NCBI GenBank assembly: GCA_016183775.1
Contig: JACPDY010000144.1
Coordinates: forward strand, 6,185 to 70,184
DNA from: Bacteroidota bacterium
GTDB lineage: Bacteria; Bacteroidota; Bacteroidia; JABDFU01
Reading direction: 5' to 3'
Length of the DNA: 64,000 nt
Shown here: piece after piece, positions 57,898 to 64,000 of the stretch
Layout: every line of letters begins with the position of its first letter
Position numbering within the stretch: position 1 is the stretch's first letter
Position numbers and translations under genes: made by a program
Notes under the pieces: model-generated
Seen by the model: only the letters and a program-made list of their open reading frames with translations
What the model was told of the DNA's origin: nothing
The model's database searches: none

Positions 57898-59588
57898 TGT
57901 GCAAATGTGCGGATATGCAGATTAAAAAAAGATGTAATAGGGTAAAGCAACGCTATTTGAATATTTCTGAATATAAATCTGCACATCTGCTTATATGCAT
58001 ATTATTATTTTCCTGTGCCCAGATTGTAAATCCTGGTGGAGGGGCTGTAGATCGTACACCGCCCAAAGCGTTAAAGTACCTGCCCGATAGCGCCGCTCTC
58101 AATTTCAGATCGAAACAGGTTCGCATTCTGTTCAATGAGTACATACAATTAAAGGATGTTAATAATCAATTGATCATCTCTCCGCCCCTTAGGCATCAGC
58201 CGGAAGTTAAAGTGAAAAACAAGGAGCTGGTTGTTGATATTGAAGATACCCTTGCCGCCAATACCACATACGCTTTTAATTTTGGAAGCTCTATTGCAGA
58301 TATTACCGAAGGCAATGCAATAGATAATTTTCAGTATGTGTTTTCGACCGGACCTTTTATCGATTCCTTAATGTTATCCGGAACTGTTAAGGATGCCTTT
58401 ACGCTTGGGCCTGAAAAAGGTGTATTGGTAATGATATACAATACGTTTGAGGACTCTGTCCCGCTTAAAAAATTACCGAACCACTTTGCCAAAACGAAAG
58501 AGGATGGATCGTTTCGCATCAATAATATCCGTGCAGGTAAGTATAAAGTGTTCGCGTTGAAAGATGCCAATGCCAATTATTTGTATGACAGCCAGGAAGA
58601 AAGCATTGCTTTTTTGGACACACTGGTTGATATGAAAAAAAACGTAAGTGTTAATTTGTTTTTATTCAAAGAGGTTCCGAAAAGGCAATTTATTAAACGC
58701 GCAGCAGCCATTGAGTTTGGACATATTCAGATCATTTTCAATAAACCGGTTTTAGATCTGCAACTCACACCTGTAAATTTTGTTCCAAAGAATTCAGATT
58801 GGAAAATTGAAGAGTTCAGCAAAACAAAAGATACACTTGATCTTTGGTTGCCCGATTTTGAAAGGGATTCCATTCGTTTAATTGTAAGTGATGATAAGAA
58901 GGTGTTGGATACATTGGAAATAGCTATACCTCCGAAGGTAAATAAGGGTAAGGGTAATAAATTTCAGTTAACATATACAACAAATTTGGGCAGCAATTTG
59001 TTTGATTTGAATAAGTCGGTAATATTAACATTTAATCATCCATTGAAAGGGGCTATAGATCAGTCTATTGTTGCCTTATCCGAGGACTCTGTTAAACAGT
59101 CGTCGGTTTTTTTGTTGGGAGGTTATAATTCCAGAAAGATAGAATTGAAATTAAGCTATATGTCTCCATGGAAGGAAAATTCAGAATATAAAATATTAAT
59201 ATTGCCGGGTAAAATCACAGATTTATTTGGATTAAAGAATGATTCCATATTAATTAAATTCAAAACCCAGGAACTAAAAAATTATGGTACAATTAAGCTT
59301 AGTATTGGGTTAGGGCATTCAATTAAGAAATACATTCTTAATATGATTAATGATAAGGGAAATCTCATTGACAAATACACTTTATCAGGGGATAGTAGTG
59401 AAGTGTATTTTCGGTATTTAACACCTGGAAATTACAGACTAAAACTAATTTATAATACAATTGAAAATGATGGTTGGGATACAGGTAATTACCTGTATCA
59501 TCAACAACCCGAAAAGGTGATCTATTCCAGCCCAATTACCATCCGTTCCAACTGGGATTTGGAGCAAGTATGGGAGATTAAAGAATAA
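57894..59588 (+). CDS. Hypothetical lipoprotein (564 aa)
   Basis: Lipobox (LLFSCAQ). No motif was recognised. The start is uncertain (alternative M at 57915). Confidence 0.5.
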   Translation: MMCKCADMQIKKRCNRVKQRYLNISEYKSAHLLICILLFSCAQIVNPGGGAVDRTPPKALKYLPDSAALNFRSKQVRILFNEYIQLKDVNNQLIISPPLRHQPEVKVKNKELVVDIEDTLAANTTYAFNFGSSIADITEGNAIDNFQYVFSTGPFIDSLMLSGTVKDAFTLGPEKGVLVMIYNTFEDSVPLKKLPNHFAKTKEDGSFRINNIRAGKYKVFALKDANANYLYDSQEESIAFLDTLVDMKKNVSVNLFLFKEVPKRQFIKRAAAIEFGHIQIIFNKPVLDLQLTPVNFVPKNSDWKIEEFSKTKDTLDLWLPDFERDSIRLIVSDDKKVLDTLEIAIPPKVNKGKGNKFQLTYTTNLGSNLFDLNKSVILTFNHPLKGAIDQSIVALSEDSVKQSSVFLLGGYNSRKIELKLSYMSPWKENSEYKILILPGKITDLFGLKNDSILIKFKTQELKNYGTIKLSIGLGHSIKKYILNMINDKGNLIDKYTLSGDSSEVYFRYLTPGNYRLKLIYNTIENDGWDTGNYLYHQQPEKVIYSSPITIRSNWDLEQVWEIKE

Positions 59589-59641
59589 TTTGTGTTATCC
59601 TGAGCGAAGCGAAGGATGACACGAATGGTCTGAAAATTTAA

Positions 59642-62242
59642 TTAATTCCTACTGCTAATACGCGTTGAAAACCCGATTCTGAATCCAAGGGATTGATATT
59701 GAAAACCGGCAAATGACGAAACTACTTCCAGTCTGAGGCCTCGAAAGATCTGATCAATACCGTACCCCAGTTCCATATAATTTTTTGAGGTAGGGGTATA
59801 GAGGTAATTTACTATCAGGTCTTCTTTTAGCCCGATCATCCGGGGTAACATAAATTGTGTAATAAGTAATTTGGCAGGCTGAAGGTGTAAAAATGCTTCT
59901 GCGAAATTATTTTGGGTTGAGTATTTGTAATAGTCAAGCATATGATAGCCTGCTGTGTTTTGTTGTATATAGGTTAAATTGCCCATGAAATGCTTATAGT
60001 CCATAAAATACATTCTGTTGTTGTTCAAAAACTTTCCCAGATTTATTTCCATGTTAACTGTCCCTCGTGCTGCCATTTTGTATCGATAACTGGCGCCAAT
60101 TTCCACGAGATCGAAGTCGACACTGCTATTTAATATTCCCTCAAAACCTTTTTGGTAACTGAGTTTGATCTCGGGTGCAGGCGCGCGTGAGGCTTTTCTT
60201 ACGCCGTTATTTATGTAGTATTTTTTCCATACATAATATTTTAAGGACACACCTGCAATAAATGCCTGGTTAGCAGTGAAGTCAGTATTCCGGAGTTCAT
60301 TATTTGCCGGTGAATTGGATGAATATGAATATTCTTTCCAATCAATGAAAGTAATTGCCGATCGTGAATTGCTCAGCATATATCGGTTAGCCAGTTCGCC
60401 GTTTGCAGAAAGAAATAATTTGTCACTTAATTTTTGAGATAATTCTAATCTGTAATATTCTTTTTCATATAATTTCATAAAGTTGCTTTCAAAAAGAAGT
60501 GTGGCAGTTCCGTTTACGAAGTAACTGATGGGGTTAGAGGAATTAAACTGGCTGACGTACCTTCCTGCTTCAGCTATAATACTTCCCGAATTTTTGTCCA
60601 TTCCGTATTGAAAGGAAATTGTTGCTTTGCCGGTGAAAAGTCCTCTTGCCGATGAGTACCTGGCCATAGGAGAGAGGGTGAGCATATTTTTAGTCCTGAA
60701 TTTCTTCCTGTAGATCAAACCTGATGTGCAATTGAATTCTTCAACGGTATTGTAATTGACCGATGTAAAAGGCAGCACCCATGCTATTGAACTTGTTGAA
60801 TCTATTCTGAATTTGAATTCCTCCGGATTTACAGTAAACATTTTTTTATTTTTCCGGATCGAATCACTTTTTACTTTTTTCTCAATTGAGATCAGGCTGT
60901 CTTTTACCTCATAGCTTTTCACTTCTTTTTCTGAAAGTGGAATGGCGCGTTCTGCTTCCCAATAAGAGCTGTCCCGTTTGTATGCCAATGAGTCAATAAT
61001 TAATGACCTTTCAGAAACAATTTCAGGTGATTCTGATCGCTTTGCTTCTTCCTTTTCGTATATTTTCATCAGCTTCTGCATATCCTTGCGTGTGAATTTT
61101 TTTTCACTTTGCAGTAGATTCTCCAATTCTTTCTGATCTTTTGATTTCACATGGGTGGTTTCATTCAGTTTTTCTTTTTCTGTTTTTTCATCAATTATTT
61201 CCGCGGGAATCCGAAGTGATTCATTGAGTTTTATTTTGTAGTTCTTCGATACTACCTGGTATTTCGCATCGAATCTGAATCCCAGGTAATTTCCATACAC
61301 AACATAGCTTTGGGTTAAAGGCATCCACACTTTATCCTGTATTTCGTTATATAATTGAGTAATTACAAAAGTGATCCCTTCGTGAGTGACGGCAAGATTT
61401 ATGCTGTGAATGCTCCATAGGTTATCTAATATGTATATGTGTCCTTCAAATACATCATCGCCTTTTGATCGGGGTGTAACTTTTATTTTATTTATCTGGT
61501 GATTGCCTTCGTAATAAGAGCCTTCCAGTCTGAAGCTATAGTAAGAAAATGCACGTGGTGATAGCGGAGATATGGCAGAGCCGATGGCTGGTTCATAAAA
61601 ACTTCCATTCACGTATCGTTCAGGACTGGGGACTTTTTCAGTTTGGTTGGAACTCACAGAAAGAACTTTTTCTTTATATGTATTGGGTTGTTTAAAAGTT
61701 ATCTCACTTACATTCTCGGTTAAATATATTTTGCCTGTATCGAGGTCGTTTTCTTTATCAAATTTTTTAACGATCCATTGAAATGGAATATGTTTAAGTT
61801 TAAAAAAACCCTTTATATATGCTTTGGCCGAATATTCCTGTACCTGGTATTTGTAAAACTTGGCCATTGAAATGGCTTTGCGCATGATGGAGTAGGCCGG
61901 GTCTTCATCCTTCAAACCTACTCTCGCTTCTCCCAGGGTATATGATGTTGCCGTCAGAATGATGTTAAGATCAACCCATTCATTCGAAACTTTTACCGTT
62001 TGTTTTTCGGTTTTGTAACCTAAGCACTGTATCACCAGTTGGTATTCGCCGGGGTTAAGTTTAATTTCAAATTTTGCATCGGAATTGCTTGAGGTGCCCG
62101 ACTTTGTATCCACCACATAAATTCCTGCAAACGGAAGAGCTTCACCTTTTTCAGTAAGTATGGTGCCTCTTATTCCGCCGGTCTGGGCGATCAGGCTAGT
62201 AGCAAAAAATGTAAAGGTTACTAATAGCGGGAATATTTTCAT
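59642..62242 (-). CDS. CarboxypepD_reg-like domain + DUF5686 family protein
   Basis: Signal peptide, then a carboxypeptidase-regulatory-like N-terminal domain (GGIRGTILTEKGEALPFAGIYVVDTKSGTSSNSDAKFEIKLNPGEYQLVIQCLGYKTEKQ), then a long beta-rich domain typical of the family. Confidence 0.75.
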   Translation of the reverse strand: MKIFPLLVTFTFFATSLIAQTGGIRGTILTEKGEALPFAGIYVVDTKSGTSSNSDAKFEIKLNPGEYQLVIQCLGYKTEKQTVKVSNEWVDLNIILTATSYTLGEARVGLKDEDPAYSIMRKAISMAKFYKYQVQEYSAKAYIKGFFKLKHIPFQWIVKKFDKENDLDTGKIYLTENVSEITFKQPNTYKEKVLSVSSNQTEKVPSPERYVNGSFYEPAIGSAISPLSPRAFSYYSFRLEGSYYEGNHQINKIKVTPRSKGDDVFEGHIYILDNLWSIHSINLAVTHEGITFVITQLYNEIQDKVWMPLTQSYVVYGNYLGFRFDAKYQVVSKNYKIKLNESLRIPAEIIDEKTEKEKLNETTHVKSKDQKELENLLQSEKKFTRKDMQKLMKIYEKEEAKRSESPEIVSERSLIIDSLAYKRDSSYWEAERAIPLSEKEVKSYEVKDSLISIEKKVKSDSIRKNKKMFTVNPEEFKFRIDSTSSIAWVLPFTSVNYNTVEEFNCTSGLIYRKKFRTKNMLTLSPMARYSSARGLFTGKATISFQYGMDKNSGSIIAEAGRYVSQFNSSNPISYFVNGTATLLFESNFMKLYEKEYYRLELSQKLSDKLFLSANGELANRYMLSNSRSAITFIDWKEYSYSSNSPANNELRNTDFTANQAFIAGVSLKYYVWKKYYINNGVRKASRAPAPEIKLSYQKGFEGILNSSVDFDLVEIGASYRYKMAARGTVNMEINLGKFLNNNRMYFMDYKHFMGNLTYIQQNTAGYHMLDYYKYSTQNNFAEAFLHLQPAKLLITQFMLPRMIGLKEDLIVNYLYTPTSKNYMELGYGIDQIFRGLRLEVVSSFAGFQYQSLGFRIGFSTRISSRN

Positions 62243-62273
62243 TAAAAGGATTGTTCATCAACAACAATATTCA

Positions 62274-63101
62274 CTATAACTGAATGCTATAATTATCCGC
62301 ATCCAACCCGACCGGAAATGTTTTTCTGAACTCTTCCAACTCCGCGTAATTCAAGCTTATAGTTTCTACCGACTCTTCATTTGCTCTTGTTTTGCTCAGC
62401 GTTTCTCCTTTGAAGTTAATTATTGCCGAGTCGCCGGAGTGAGTTATGTCATTTCCGTCAGCTCCTATTCTGTTCAGCCCGGTTACGTATGCCTGGTTTT
62501 CAATGGCGCGGGCAATGAGCAATGATCTCCATGGATGGGACCTGCGTTCCGGCCAGTTAGCTATATACAATAGAACATCATAATCGGCCAGTAAGCTGGA
62601 ATTTTTGGGGTCGGTAGTGGGTATTTTTTTCTCCCATTTGTTCCTGCTCCAAACCGGAAACCGAAGGTCGTAACAGATCAAAGGACAGATTCTCCAGCCA
62701 TTCAACTCTGTAATGATACGTTTGTTACCGGATGTAAAATAATTGTCCTCTTTGGCCATGCGGAACAAGTGGCGTTTGTCGTATGTTTCAAAAGTTCCAT
62801 TGGGTCTCATCCATATTAAGCGGTTGTAGTACCTGCCATTTTCTCTGATGATGAGACTGCCGGTTAAAACGCATTTTTTTTCTTTACTGAGTTGCGACAT
62901 CCATTGCATGGTTTTTTCATTCATTTGCTCGGCAACGGATCCGGTGTTCATGGTGAACCCGGTATTGAACATTTCAGGCAGCACAATGAGGTCGGTTTGT
63001 TCTGTGAGGGCAGCAATTTTTTGTGAGAACATTTCGAGATTTTTGTCGATATTTTCCCAGTACAGATGGCTTTGAATAATTGTGATGCTCAGGTTTTTCA
63101 T
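62274..63101 (-). CDS. Carbon-nitrogen hydrolase family (nitrilase/omega-amidase superfamily)
   Basis: Catalytic E-K-C context (LVLPEMFNTGF; RLIWMRPNG; ICYDLRFPVW). Confidence 0.85.
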   Translation of the reverse strand: MKNLSITIIQSHLYWENIDKNLEMFSQKIAALTEQTDLIVLPEMFNTGFTMNTGSVAEQMNEKTMQWMSQLSKEKKCVLTGSLIIRENGRYYNRLIWMRPNGTFETYDKRHLFRMAKEDNYFTSGNKRIITELNGWRICPLICYDLRFPVWSRNKWEKKIPTTDPKNSSLLADYDVLLYIANWPERRSHPWRSLLIARAIENQAYVTGLNRIGADGNDITHSGDSAIINFKGETLSKTRANEESVETISLNYAELEEFRKTFPVGLDADNYSIQL

Positions 63102-63140
63102 GACCCCTCTCTGACTCTCCCAAAAAGGGGAGAGGACAAT

Positions 63141-64000
63141 TTAAATTTTATTTAAAATTATTGCAGCTTTTTCCAATGTTTCATCTTTTTTGGCGAAACA
63201 AAAACGAAGCATTTTATTATCTACGGGTTTATGATAAAATACAGAAATAGGTATTGAGGCGATGCCCGATTCTTTGATCAGACGAATTGCATATTCTGTA
63301 TCTTGTTCCTTTGTGATGTCACTATAATCGAGTAATTGGAAATAAGTGCCAATAGCAGGCTTGAATTTAAAACGTGAACCTTTTATCATGTCAATGAACT
63401 GATCACGTTTTTTTTGATAAAAATTTCCAAGTTCGGAATAGTTCTCTTTTTTCTTCAAAAATTCCGCTAAAGCATATTGAACCGGCGTGTTAACAGTAAA
63501 CACAAGGAACTGGTGCACTTTGCGAAACTCAGCCATCAGATTTTTAGGTGCAACACAGTAGCCCACTTTCCACCCGGTTACATGAAATGTTTTTCCGAAA
63601 GACGAAATAATAAAGCTGCGCTCAGCCAGGTGAGGGAAGCGTGCGGCGCTTTGATGCAGTTGTCCGTCAAAAAGAATGTGTTCGTAAACTTCATCGCTGA
63701 TTATAACTGTGTCCGATCCCTTCACAATTTTTTCGAGTTGCTTCATGTCGTCAACACTTAAAACACTGCCTGTGGGATTATGAGGGGTATTAATAATTAT
63801 CATTCGTGTGCGATGATTGAAAACTTTCTGCAATTCATTCCAATCAATGCTGTAGTCGGGTGCTTTTAGCTGTAAATAAACCGTTTTGCCTCCCGCCACT
63901 TCAATGGCCGGTTGATAACAATCGTAAGCCGGCTCAAAAATAATTACTTCATCATCCTCCCGTATAATAGCCGCTATCGCTGTATAAATTGCCTGTGTTG
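63141..64000 (-). CDS. PLP-dependent aminotransferase class I/II (methionine-aminotransferase-like); 5' end lies outside the window
   Basis: The frame stays open upstream of the listed GTG to the window edge (..TQAIYTAIAAIIREDDEVIIFEPAYDCYQPAIEVAGGKTVY). It contains SSFGKTFHVTGWKVGY, the conserved lysine region of aminotransferases. Confidence 0.8.
   Translation of the reverse strand, partial: TQAIYTAIAAIIREDDEVIIFEPAYDCYQPAIEVAGGKTVYLQLKAPDYSIDWNELQKVFNHRTRMIIINTPHNPTGSVLSVDDMKQLEKIVKGSDTVIISDEVYEHILFDGQLHQSAARFPHLAERSFIISSFGKTFHVTGWKVGYCVAPKNLMAEFRKVHQFLVFTVNTPVQYALAEFLKKKENYSELGNFYQKKRDQFIDMIKGSRFKFKPAIGTYFQLLDYSDITKEQDTEYAIRLIKESGIASIPISVFYHKPVDNKMLRFCFAKKDETLEKAAIILNKI

Noticed and set aside
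59591-59624. Hairpin gtgttatcc...ggatgacac as a terminator between two convergent genes.
   Set aside because: It has one mismatch and no U-tract on either strand. It is too weak to call.
1-64000. CRISPR arrays, rRNA genes and integrase/transposase genes.
   Set aside because: No regularly spaced direct repeats, no rRNA-like conserved blocks, and no recombinase or transposase motifs were seen in any ORF.

Overview
This looks like a Bacteroidetes chromosomal segment (Chitinophagia- or Sphingobacteriia-like; about 40% GC, no Shine-Dalgarno use) of mostly housekeeping genes, unusually rich in gliding/T9SS biology. Identifiable genes include the roughly 2,470-aa T9SS translocon sprA directly downstream of ruvA, gldC- and gldB-like genes, and three large surface proteins with SBBP/SprB-repeat or T9SS C-terminal domains. 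Core metabolism is represented by paaZ plus a crotonase, a fused 2-oxoacid dehydrogenase E1 alpha/beta gene, korAB, nadE, hflX, two amidohydrolases, a CN-hydrolase and an aminotransferase. The accessory-looking loci worth a second look are: (i) a 2.7-kb cassette (4011-6712) bounded by 65-bp perfect direct repeats at the 3' end of a truncated SprB-repeat cargo gene, carrying a Panacea-DUF488 fusion gene translationally coupled to an uncharacterised 281-aa gene, a candidate novel toxin-antitoxin/defence module; (ii) an ECF sigma factor co-transcribed with an anti-sigma-like membrane protein whose extracytoplasmic part consists of SprB repeats, a PKD domain and a T9SS type-B C-terminal domain; (iii) a HigB/HigA pair; (iv) a GxxExxY PD-(D/E)xK gene flanked by about 45-bp imperfect inverted repeats inserted between paa genes; (v) an apparent 1-nt frameshift in korA at a G-run, and a 79-bp heptamer-based palindrome filling the korA-korB spacer. 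No rRNA, tRNA or CRISPR was detected by eye. All domain calls rest on motif recognition in the supplied translations; no database search was run.
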